Of a stretch of DNA of 64,000 nt, positions 29,983-38,840 are shown one piece after another. The position numbers and the translations under genes are program-made. This stretch comes from Candidatus Scalinduaceae bacterium. GTDB taxonomy: Bacteria; Planctomycetota; Brocadiia; Brocadiales; Scalinduaceae. The number at the start of each line of letters is the position of its first letter. Position 1 is the stretch's first letter. The notes under the pieces were generated by a model. That model was not told the origin of the DNA, searched no databases, and saw only the letters and a list, made by a program, of their open reading frames with translations. The stretch covers positions 48,083 through 112,082 of the forward strand of contig JBHICG010000004.1 in assembly GCA_046759445.1 (NCBI GenBank). The letters run 5' to 3'.

Positions 29983-31299
29983 TTGAATTGTGAAAACAAC
30001 AAAGTGTTTTTTTTGAAATCCTCAGCGCAATATGGTGTACAGGACTTAATTGTAATAACTACCGGAAAGATAGGTAATGCTCTTTTCGCTTTTATTGTAA
30101 GTGTCCTGATTGCCAGAAACCTTGGTGCAAGTGGTTTTGGTTTATTTACGTTGTCTCTGTCAGTTTTAATAATAACACTTGAACTTGTCGGCAGTGAGGC
30201 TGTAGACAATGGTCTGGTCAGGTTTGCATCGTTATATATGGATAAGAACACAAACAAGGTGCACCTGATATTTAAGATCGCATTAGAATTCAAGTTGTTA
30301 TCGGCTTCAATTCTTCTTTTACTTGGTTTCCTGTTTGTCAAACTGGTTTTGGCTTCGATCATAGGTAGGCCGGAATTAAAAGATGCTATAATGTATGGAC
30401 TGGCTGGTGGCTGTTTTGCTTCATTCTGGCGCTACATCCTCGCTATTTTACAAAGTTACGAGAGATTTGTCACTTACGCTGTTATCAATGTAATCCCCAA
30501 TCTGTTGAAGGTCTTATTCGTCCTTTTCTTGATCTTGGCCAACTCATTAAATTTAACTTATGCATTGACCATTAACGTTATTGTGGTCATTTTAGGATTT
30601 TTTGCAGGGTTCTCATTTATCCCAAAACATTTTATCAAGGCTAAGGGAGATAAAAAAGATGTTGCTTTCCAATTATTTCACTTTTCAAAATGGATAATAA
30701 TATCCAATTTGTTCTTTGCCATTTATTCCAGGCTCGATATTTTCATTTTATCCTATTTTAAGGATGCAGAAATATTAGGTATTTACTCTGTTGCCTTAAG
30801 TTTGATAACCGCCTTGGATTTGTTTTATGTCTCCATGCTCACAAAGCTCTTCCCCCAGGCAAGCGCTTTGACTCATCGAGAAGAATTTTCAGCCCATATT
30901 AAGAGATCACTGGGAATATCGTCGGCCTTGGCGTTACTTCTGACTCCATTATTTTTCGTTGCAGAACCTTTAATTCTTTTGTTTTTTTCTGAAAAATTTT
31001 TTGATTCAATCCTTATTTTCAAATTCCTTCTGTTTGGGTTTCTGTTTACCCTCCTGTTTAATCCACTTTTGCTAATTTTGTATGCCAGAAACAAGCCATA
31101 TCTAGTGACCATTGTCTACTTTATATTGCTTCCACTCAGTTTCGTCGGTAATTTAATCTTTATACCAATGTACGGAGCTATGGGTGCTGCCTGTATAGTT
31201 TTGGCAACTAGGGTAACAGGGGGGTTGTTGGTGCTATTTCTTGTTTATAGAGAAATCTTTACACCTGATGACGTGTCGCTAAAGCAGAACAGTCCTTAG
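29983..31299 (+). CDS. wzx: Wzx-type oligosaccharide flippase
   Basis: LIARNLGASGFG, RLDIFILSYF...LGIYSVA, FPQAS, LIFIPMYGAMGAA; about 12 TM. Confidence 0.82.
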   Translation: MNCENNKVFFLKSSAQYGVQDLIVITTGKIGNALFAFIVSVLIARNLGASGFGLFTLSLSVLIITLELVGSEAVDNGLVRFASLYMDKNTNKVHLIFKIALEFKLLSASILLLLGFLFVKLVLASIIGRPELKDAIMYGLAGGCFASFWRYILAILQSYERFVTYAVINVIPNLLKVLFVLFLILANSLNLTYALTINVIVVILGFFAGFSFIPKHFIKAKGDKKDVAFQLFHFSKWIIISNLFFAIYSRLDIFILSYFKDAEILGIYSVALSLITALDLFYVSMLTKLFPQASALTHREEFSAHIKRSLGISSALALLLTPLFFVAEPLILLFFSEKFFDSILIFKFLLFGFLFTLLFNPLLLILYARNKPYLVTIVYFILLPLSFVGNLIFIPMYGAMGAACIVLATRVTGGLLVLFLVYREIFTPDDVSLKQNSP

Positions 31300-31376
31300 A
31301 AGGTAGAGTTATTATGTAGTGAAAAAATGATTTTTTTTACGTATTTAAGAAATAAGTAAAGCAGGAGAAGTGACAA

Positions 31377-32456
31377 GTGTTAACTGAATTTTTGGCTTTT
31401 TCAATCCGTTATTTGAAATATAAGCGATTTCAAAGTGCTCCAATCTGGATAACATTTGATATTACTTGGAATTGCAATTGCCGATGTGATTATTGCAATT
31501 ATTGGAAAGAAGGCCATGTTGATCTGTCTACAGGAGAGATTAAGAGGATCATTAAAAATCTCAAGACAATGGGCGTTATGTACCTGGGTTTAAGTGGGGG
31601 GGAACCTTTATTAAGAAAAGACGTCCCAGAGATCGTGGGCTATGCTAAAGGGCTTGGAATGCATGTTGGGTTGAATACTAACGGAACTGTTGGAAAAATC
31701 GAGGTCTACCGTACCTTAATGGAAAAAGGGATTGATACTATATGTTTCTCTATAGACGGTGCAAAGGCATCTACCCATGAACGGTTTAGAAAGAACTGTT
31801 CTTTCAAAAAGGTTGTAAATTCTATCCGAGAAACTGTACGTATAAGGAATCGAGGGAACTATAGAACGAATATTAGTACAAACACAGTGATTCATAGAGC
31901 AAATGTGGATGACCTGGAGGAGATTTCCAGAATCCGTTCTACGCTAGGGGTGGATAGAAACAACTTTCAACCTGTTTGGTATTGCAATGTAGATGTTAAA
32001 GGGGATGAGTTTAACTCGAAAATTGGATTCAGTTATGAAGATGGAGAGTTGTTGAAAAAGGTCAGCAAAACCATAGATACACTTCCGGATGGCAACCTGA
32101 AAAGCTACAACGACCTCCTTCCTTATTACTATACGGACTATAAGAGAGTGAGAGATATAGAGTGCTTTGCCGGAAGAGCCTTTGCATACGTAGATCCGAA
32201 GGGCATTCTATATCCCTGTTCTATTCTATTGGAACCTTTGGGTTCATTGCTAGAAGAGGATAATAAGACATTCCTTCGGTCTTCAAAAGTGAAAAAGATT
32301 CTGAAAAAAACTGCTGTACAAAATTGCAAGGGCTGTTCCATGGTCTGTTATATGGAAAGAAATATAATGTTAAATAACATATTTAATCCTTTTATGTTGC
32401 GAGAGATTCTGTTTAAGAGATACTTGGCGTTAATATATACTCGGGAGCGAAATTGA
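31377..32456 (+). CDS. Radical SAM protein with twitch/SPASM-type domain
   Basis: CNCRCDYC, SGGEPL, CFAGRAFAYVDPKGILYPC...CKGCSMVC. Confidence 0.9.
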   Translation: MLTEFLAFSIRYLKYKRFQSAPIWITFDITWNCNCRCDYCNYWKEGHVDLSTGEIKRIIKNLKTMGVMYLGLSGGEPLLRKDVPEIVGYAKGLGMHVGLNTNGTVGKIEVYRTLMEKGIDTICFSIDGAKASTHERFRKNCSFKKVVNSIRETVRIRNRGNYRTNISTNTVIHRANVDDLEEISRIRSTLGVDRNNFQPVWYCNVDVKGDEFNSKIGFSYEDGELLKKVSKTIDTLPDGNLKSYNDLLPYYYTDYKRVRDIECFAGRAFAYVDPKGILYPCSILLEPLGSLLEEDNKTFLRSSKVKKILKKTAVQNCKGCSMVCYMERNIMLNNIFNPFMLREILFKRYLALIYTRERN

Positions 32457-33875
32457 ATGAAAATTGCATTTGTAAATCCACCTGCTACGAGGAAAGATAG
32501 ATATGGAACTTTAGCTCCTGCAGGCTCATATGCTCCTCCTTTGGCTCTTTGCTCACTGGCAGCCGTTACTAGAGAAGTTGGGTATGAAACAATTATTATT
32601 GATTCTCAGGTTGAAAACCTGAACCACGAAGATTCACTGAACAGAATTGAGGCTTTTTCCCCTCAGGTAGTTGGGATAACATCTACTACATCAACCTTTT
32701 TGAGCGCGGCCGAACTAGCCAGTATGATTAAAAGAAGTAATAGTGATACGGTAGTAGTGGCAGGAGGGGTGCATATTTCAGCTTTACCCCGGGAGAGTTT
32801 ACTGAATCATAAAGATATAGATATAGCCGTACTTGGAGAAGGGGAAGAAACAATTATAGAACTGATGGATGTGCTTAAAGATGGAAGAGATTTAAGAGAA
32901 GTTAAAGGGATTGTATGCAGAAATAGTGAAGAAATAACTTTCACTGAGGATAGGTTACTTATTAAAGATTTGGATAGTCTCCCATTACCTGCCTGGGACC
33001 TTCTTCCAAATTTTCCTGATGCATATAATGTTCAGGCTCAGAGTGTGGCAAATTTTCCTTCTACCTCTGTATGTACCTCCACTGGTTGTACCGGAAAATG
33101 TACATTTTGTGACAGAAGGATTTTTGGTAGTAAAATAAGGGCCCACAGTGCCGAATACGTCATTAAAATGATAAAAGACCTGTATTATAATTATGGTGTC
33201 AGAGACATTCAATTTGAAGATGACAACTTTATGCTCTTGCGTACAAGACTTTTAAAGATGTGTGAAATGCTGAAGGAAGAGAAAATGGATATTACATGGT
33301 CGTGCCAGGCAAGGGTTGATATGGTAAAATTAGAGACACTGAGAAAGATGAAGGAAACTGGTTGCTGGATGATTTTATATGGGGTTGAGAGTGGCAGCAA
33401 AAAAGTGCTGGATTTAATGAAGAAGGGAATTTCTAAGGAGAAGATAGAAAAGGCCGTTGACATAACCCATAAAGCCAGAATCATGTGCAAGGGATTCTTT
33501 ATCACTGGTTTTTTGAACGAGGATAAAAATACATTAAGAGAAACTTATGATTTTATAGAAAAAACCAAGCTTGATGACATTAGTTTACATTATTATACAC
33601 CTTTTCCAGGAAGTAAGGCATATGAAATGGCACATAAACACGGGACGGTCAAAGGAGACATCAGTGATATGACTTATTACAAACCGGTTTTTATTCCTAA
33701 TGGGTTAACCGAAGAGGATTTGATAAAACATACAAAAGCCTGCTATAGTATGTTTTATTTAAAACTTAGAACCATTATAAATTATATCAGAAGGGTTAGG
33801 GGGTTGCCACATCTTCTCTATTTTGTGAAGAGTTCCTCTGCTCTGATTAAATATATTATTTTGAAGAGAGAATGA
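32457..33875 (+). CDS. B12-binding-domain radical SAM protein
   Basis: FVNPP, PPLALCSLAA, GGVH, GEGE, TSTGCTGKCTFC, DDNF, GVESG, PFPGS. Confidence 0.9.
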   Translation: MKIAFVNPPATRKDRYGTLAPAGSYAPPLALCSLAAVTREVGYETIIIDSQVENLNHEDSLNRIEAFSPQVVGITSTTSTFLSAAELASMIKRSNSDTVVVAGGVHISALPRESLLNHKDIDIAVLGEGEETIIELMDVLKDGRDLREVKGIVCRNSEEITFTEDRLLIKDLDSLPLPAWDLLPNFPDAYNVQAQSVANFPSTSVCTSTGCTGKCTFCDRRIFGSKIRAHSAEYVIKMIKDLYYNYGVRDIQFEDDNFMLLRTRLLKMCEMLKEEKMDITWSCQARVDMVKLETLRKMKETGCWMILYGVESGSKKVLDLMKKGISKEKIEKAVDITHKARIMCKGFFITGFLNEDKNTLRETYDFIEKTKLDDISLHYYTPFPGSKAYEMAHKHGTVKGDISDMTYYKPVFIPNGLTEEDLIKHTKACYSMFYLKLRTIINYIRRVRGLPHLLYFVKSSSALIKYIILKRE

Positions 33876-33879
33876 AATT

Positions 33880-35409
33880 ATGAGGATTTGTTTTGTTTAC
33901 GGAGCCAACGAGAATTTAGGTGTTGAATATCTATCGGGCGTTCTCAAGAACTCTGGACATGAGACGACCCTAGCCTTTGATCCGCTTCTTTTTGATGAGA
34001 TTTTTTTTAAATTGCCCTTGTTGAGTAATCTTCTGAGTTACAAAAGTAATCTTATCCAGGAGGTGCTTGATTTCATGCCGGATCTTGTTGCTTTTTCTGT
34101 GATTACGGAGACTTATCAGTGGGCTTCCCAGATAGCAACAGAGATCAAAAAAGAGATGAATGTTCCTATAGTCTTTGGGGGGGTACATCCGACCCTGGTT
34201 CCTGATAGAGTAATTAATAATCCTAATGTAGATATTCTGTGCCTCGGAGAGGGAGAGTATGCTATGTTAGATCTTGCTAATCGTATGGAAGATGGGGGGA
34301 TTAAAGACGCAAAGTCTATTCCGAACCTTTGGGTAAAGTGTAATGGTGAAGTTTATCGCAATCAGATACGTTCCAATATTCAAGATCTTAATGTTTTGCC
34401 ATTTCCTGATAAAGACATTTATTACGAAAAGGCCTCATGCTTTGAAAATGAATACACCATTATGGCCAGTCGGGGATGTCCTTATAACTGTACCTTTTGC
34501 ACGAATTATTCCTTAAGAACTATCTACAAAGATAAAGGGAAGTATCTTCGCATGAGAGACGTTGATAATGTTATCCAGGAGTTGGTTGGGGCCAAGGAAA
34601 TATATAAATTTAAACGGGTAAGCTTCTACGACGATATGTTTACATTCAACAAACAATGGATTCTTGATTTCTGTAACAAATATAAAGAGAAAATTGATTT
34701 GCCTTTCAGATGTATTATACACCCGGTGAGGGTGGACAGAGATATCCTTTCTGCCCTGAAGATGGCTGGTTGTATAAATATGGAGATCGGTGTTCAATCT
34801 ATGGATGAAATAACTCGCATGAAGGTGCTGGAACGTCGAGAAACTAATGAAAAATTAAAGCGAGGGTTAACAATGATCAAAAAGTCGGGGATAGATTTTT
34901 ATATTGATCATATTTTAGGCATTCCGTATGAAGATGAGAAGCATCACATTGAGGCGGCATACTATTATAACGAGTTGAGACCGCCTCTCATCGATGTTTT
35001 TTGGCTTACACATTATCCAAAAACTAAGATCGTAGAGATTAGCAAGGTTGCTGGACAGTTAAGTTCTGAGACCATCGAAAGGCTTGAGGATGGACTGGGT
35101 GCTTCCATGAAACAGGATGGAAGCGTTGCAGCGCCAAAGAAGTTATATCAATTCCAATATCTTTTAGGGTATCTTCCCTTATTACCCCGGAAAGTTGTAA
35201 ATCTAATAATCAGAAAGAAATGGTATCGCTTCTTTTCTTATCCCTCTATCTTTCTATCTACTATCCTTCCCAGGATTTTACACTCTATCTTTTGGAATGA
35301 TTTTAGACTCAGAAGCCTGATGCTCCGTCACTTTTACTTTTCTTACTGGGTACTTTACCGAAAGATCAGAAAATTGTTAAAAACAAAAAAAAGACCTGCT
35401 GATGTTTGA
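33880..35409 (+). CDS. B12-binding-domain radical SAM protein
   Basis: ENLGVEYLS, GGVHPT, GEGE, SRGCPYNCTFC, DDMF, GVQS, DHILG. Confidence 0.9.
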   Translation: MRICFVYGANENLGVEYLSGVLKNSGHETTLAFDPLLFDEIFFKLPLLSNLLSYKSNLIQEVLDFMPDLVAFSVITETYQWASQIATEIKKEMNVPIVFGGVHPTLVPDRVINNPNVDILCLGEGEYAMLDLANRMEDGGIKDAKSIPNLWVKCNGEVYRNQIRSNIQDLNVLPFPDKDIYYEKASCFENEYTIMASRGCPYNCTFCTNYSLRTIYKDKGKYLRMRDVDNVIQELVGAKEIYKFKRVSFYDDMFTFNKQWILDFCNKYKEKIDLPFRCIIHPVRVDRDILSALKMAGCINMEIGVQSMDEITRMKVLERRETNEKLKRGLTMIKKSGIDFYIDHILGIPYEDEKHHIEAAYYYNELRPPLIDVFWLTHYPKTKIVEISKVAGQLSSETIERLEDGLGASMKQDGSVAAPKKLYQFQYLLGYLPLLPRKVVNLIIRKKWYRFFSYPSIFLSTILPRILHSIFWNDFRLRSLMLRHFYFSYWVLYRKIRKLLKTKKRPADV

Positions 35410-36679
35410 GAAGATTTCTATGCGATACTGGAAGGGAATGGATGGCTATTTGATATTCTTGCTTTTTTCTATCTTCATAAGCAAGCTGGTCGTGGATGCT
35501 TTTCTCATCTATATTTTTGACATCCCTAAGGGTTCTATGGATTACCATTACCTTGCGCAGAACCTCCTTTCCGGTAATGGTTATGTCTTGGAGCCAGACG
35601 GGCCACCAAATCTATGGCGCCCCCCCCTTTACCCCTTCTTTTTAGCTGGAATTTACGGTTTTTTTGGTCAAAATCATGTGGTCCTGGTATTGACACAGAT
35701 TTTTTTCGATCTCATAAGTTGCGTGATACTCTTTCTTATCGGAAAGACTATTTTTGATAGAAAAACTGCTTTCATAGCCGTAATGGTTTGGGGGTTCTAT
35801 CCCTTTTCTACTTATTATACCGCAAGGATTATGACTGAACCTATGTTTACGTTATTACTAGCCCTTTTAATTTATGTAATAATAAAAACAAAGGATAATA
35901 TCTCTGGGAAAATGGCTTTTTCAATAGGAGCAATTCAAGCTTTTATTTGTCTTTGTAAGGCGTCAATGTTATATACCTTGCCATTGGTTGCAATCTATTT
36001 ATTTGGTATACGTAAGATCAGGCAATATGTAACTCTCAGGAATATTTTCTTATTATTTCTTGGATTTTTTTTATTTGTTTCACCTTGGACAATCAGGAAT
36101 TATTTTGTTTCCGAAAGATTCATTTTAATCTCAACACCTGGAGGTTATGCCTTTTGGAGCGGAAATTATTTTCTTACGGACGGCAGAGATGATGATGAAC
36201 TTAGCCCTTATCAGCTTGAGTTACTTGAAGAAGCCCGGAAGGGAATTGCCACAAACGATAAAGATTTTATGGCACCTGAAAATAGTATTCTCTTTTTAAA
36301 AGCCACTATTGAAAACATTAAGAGTAAACCTAATGAATTTGTCAAGTTGACTTTTAAAAAATTTCTTAGATTCTGGTATTCTATCTTTCACCCAAAGGTG
36401 AAGGGTTTTCAAGTTTGGGTAACCATACTTCAATTAGGCATCCTTATACCAGGGTTCTTTGGCGTTTATCGAGCAGTAAAAAACAATAAGAATGTCTTTC
36501 CTATATTAATGATAATTCTTTATTTGGTCATTATTCACACCATTACATCTTCAACTCTGAGATATTCTATTCCTATCATGCCTTACATGGTCCTTTTTGC
36601 CACCTATTGGTTTAGTGAAATAAGGATAACGGTGAGAAATTGGACTTCCAAGTTTCAGGGATCACGTTTTTATAAATGA
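35402..36679 (+). CDS. GT39/PMT_2 (ArnT-like) membrane glycosyltransferase
   Basis: YHYLAQNLLSGNGY, WRPPLYPFFLA, MTEP, PWTIRNY, GGYAFWSGN. Confidence 0.85.
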   Translation: MFEKISMRYWKGMDGYLIFLLFSIFISKLVVDAFLIYIFDIPKGSMDYHYLAQNLLSGNGYVLEPDGPPNLWRPPLYPFFLAGIYGFFGQNHVVLVLTQIFFDLISCVILFLIGKTIFDRKTAFIAVMVWGFYPFSTYYTARIMTEPMFTLLLALLIYVIIKTKDNISGKMAFSIGAIQAFICLCKASMLYTLPLVAIYLFGIRKIRQYVTLRNIFLLFLGFFLFVSPWTIRNYFVSERFILISTPGGYAFWSGNYFLTDGRDDDELSPYQLELLEEARKGIATNDKDFMAPENSILFLKATIENIKSKPNEFVKLTFKKFLRFWYSIFHPKVKGFQVWVTILQLGILIPGFFGVYRAVKNNKNVFPILMIILYLVIIHTITSSTLRYSIPIMPYMVLFATYWFSEIRITVRNWTSKFQGSRFYK

Positions 36680-36864
36680 ATTTCTAAATCTCTCCGTTAA
36701 CAAGAATTTTATGGCTTATTAAAGGACACTATGGTAATGAGGTTCCCACCGCCCCCTTTTAAAATGGTCTGCTAAATTGGCCTTTAATATCTTTAATTTC
36801 ATGTTGAGTACGACATATATTATCATATTTGAGATTTGTAAAGCAGACCTACTAAAAGAAAAGT

Positions 36865-36893
36865 TTGCAATGCCACGTTGATGTATTTATAAT
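36865..36893 (+). promoter_or_regulatory. Sigma70-type promoter
   Basis: TTGCAA-17 nt-TATAAT, about 110 bp upstream of the 37006 ORF. Confidence 0.55.
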
Positions 36894-37005
36894 TAATAAA
36901 AACCAAAAAAAACTACGCACAAAGTCAAGAAATTAGTTGCCAGATGATTACTATAAAGGACTATTTGGAAAATTTAAAGAAACGTATTAATTTAGTTTTG
37001 ATGCC

Positions 37006-37344
37006 ATGAGGAAGATTATTTCTATATTTTTTATCTTTTCATTGCTCCCTTCTCTTTCTCGAGCAGTCGAACTAAAAAACACTAGTTTTTTCATGAAGAG
37101 TGTTGGCCAGGCTGACTATATAGAAGGAGAGATGCTGGTGAAATATAGGAAAGAAGTTTCTTTGGAGAGAATAGAAGCTATCAATAGTCAATTTGGAGTG
37201 GAGGTGATAAAGGTAATGCCTAGAATTGACGTTTATCATGTTAAGATTCCACCAGATACTACAGTGATTGATATGGTCGAGAAATATTCGAATATTCCTG
37301 AAGTAGAATTTGCAGAACCAAATTATCAGATGAGGATTGACTAA
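37006..37344 (+). CDS. Secreted stand-alone subtilisin prodomain (I9/fervidolysin-N-like)
   Basis: Signal peptide, then YIEGEMLVKYR...VEFAEPNY; aligns by eye with the prodomain of the S8 protease at 62572; stop follows immediately. Confidence 0.72.
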   Translation: MRKIISIFFIFSLLPSLSRAVELKNTSFFMKSVGQADYIEGEMLVKYRKEVSLERIEAINSQFGVEVIKVMPRIDVYHVKIPPDTTVIDMVEKYSNIPEVEFAEPNYQMRID

Positions 37345-37493
37345 GCTAGATGTTGCTTTAACTATTTTATTGTGGATTTTATTAATTTTAGGTTTATGAG
37401 TATGATCTATCCATGAAAATGATATTATGTATTTTTAGATTGTAGAATGGAAATCCAGAGAAACCAACATCATAATTTATCACCAAATGTGTT

Positions 37494-38840
37494 ATGGTGT
37501 TCAATGATTATAATTCCACCAATATGTCTTCCACTTTTAAAAATGATTCGAAAAAGAAATTATATAGTATTTCTAATCTCATAAGAGAAAGAAAGCGACA
37601 TGAGATTGTTCTCATTGTATTTGCTCTTACAATGCTTACGAACCTCATCTTCGTTTTCCTGGTCTTTTATTTTTCTGAGCCTAATACCGGTACCACAGAA
37701 TATCAGGAGATTGCCAGAAATATTGCTCAAGGCAATGGTTTTGTCTTAAAGGAAGGGGGCGAGCCGATTCTCTGGAGGCCACCCCTTTATATATATATCT
37801 TATCCTTTTTTTATCATTTCTCTGATATCCCCTACTGTGCAATAGTTGCCTTTCAAATAGTTTTGAATGCTATGACGGGTGTTGTTGTTTTTCTGATTGG
37901 CGAAAGGGTTCTTAACCGTTCAGTTGGTTTTTTTTCGGCAGTCTTGCTTTCGATATACCCTTTGTTTGTATATAATTGTCTTCGTTTAATGCCGGAGGCC
38001 TTATTTGCTTTTCTTATTTCCATTATAGTACTTCTTACATTAGATTTTCTCAAAGGAACAAATTGGAAGCTCTCTATTCTTCTCGGTTTATTTCTAGGGC
38101 TGGCATCTCTTTCTAGGGCTGCTATACAGTTTTATCCTATAATACTTTTCTTTGTTACGGTGTTCTTTTTAAAAAAACGAGAAAAGTTGTATGGTCAAAT
38201 AAGAAATCTGTCCATATTGGCAGTTATAATGCTTGCTACTATACTTCCCTGGACAATCAGAAATTATGTAGTTTCTAAAGAATTTATCTTTCTTGATACC
38301 TCAGGAGGGTATACCTTTTGGATTGGAAATCGTATTGCAACAGATGGCTACGATGATGATCCCCTAACAGAAGAAGAATTTATCGATGTAGAAAAGGATC
38401 TAGCAAGAATACTAGAGTTGAAATACACGCCTTCTTTTGATGTATCCACTACTGCCTGGGCTAGTGGGGCAAACAGTAGTAAGCTATATTTGGAAGGAAT
38501 TAAGAATATAATTAAAAGCCCTTCTGGGACTCTTTTGCTGTGGTTTAAGAAGTTGTATCGATTATGGTTCTCTTATATTGGAGAAAAATCGAAACTCCAA
38601 TTTATTATCTTCTTTATTCAAATTCCACTATTAGTAGCTGCAGTTTTTGGTATATATTTGTCTTTTAGAGATGGAAGGTCTATCTTCCCTCTTATTTTAA
38701 TGATCACTTATTTTTCTGTAATCCATATGGCTGCAACTGCAAATGTGAGGCATAGTGTAGCGATAATACCTTATGTTATCATCCTAGCCGTATACGTCGT
38801 AGATAACTTGAAAAGAAGGTTTCTGGTAAAGAGATGTTAA
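37494..38840 (+). CDS. GT39/PMT_2 (ArnT-like) glycosyltransferase, paralog of 35402
   Basis: YQEIARNIAQGNGF, WRPPLY, MPEAL, PWTIRNY, GGYTFWIGN, TDGYDDD. Confidence 0.85.
   Translation: MVFNDYNSTNMSSTFKNDSKKKLYSISNLIRERKRHEIVLIVFALTMLTNLIFVFLVFYFSEPNTGTTEYQEIARNIAQGNGFVLKEGGEPILWRPPLYIYILSFFYHFSDIPYCAIVAFQIVLNAMTGVVVFLIGERVLNRSVGFFSAVLLSIYPLFVYNCLRLMPEALFAFLISIIVLLTLDFLKGTNWKLSILLGLFLGLASLSRAAIQFYPIILFFVTVFFLKKREKLYGQIRNLSILAVIMLATILPWTIRNYVVSKEFIFLDTSGGYTFWIGNRIATDGYDDDPLTEEEFIDVEKDLARILELKYTPSFDVSTTAWASGANSSKLYLEGIKNIIKSPSGTLLLWFKKLYRLWFSYIGEKSKLQFIIFFIQIPLLVAAVFGIYLSFRDGRSIFPLILMITYFSVIHMAATANVRHSVAIIPYVIILAVYVVDNLKRRFLVKRC

Noticed and set aside
36730..36790. Fluoride (crcB) riboswitch-like sequence GGTAATGAGGTT...GCTAAATTGGCCTTTA
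   Set aside because: Only partial resemblance, weak stems, and no fluoride-related gene downstream; an Rfam/Infernal scan would settle it
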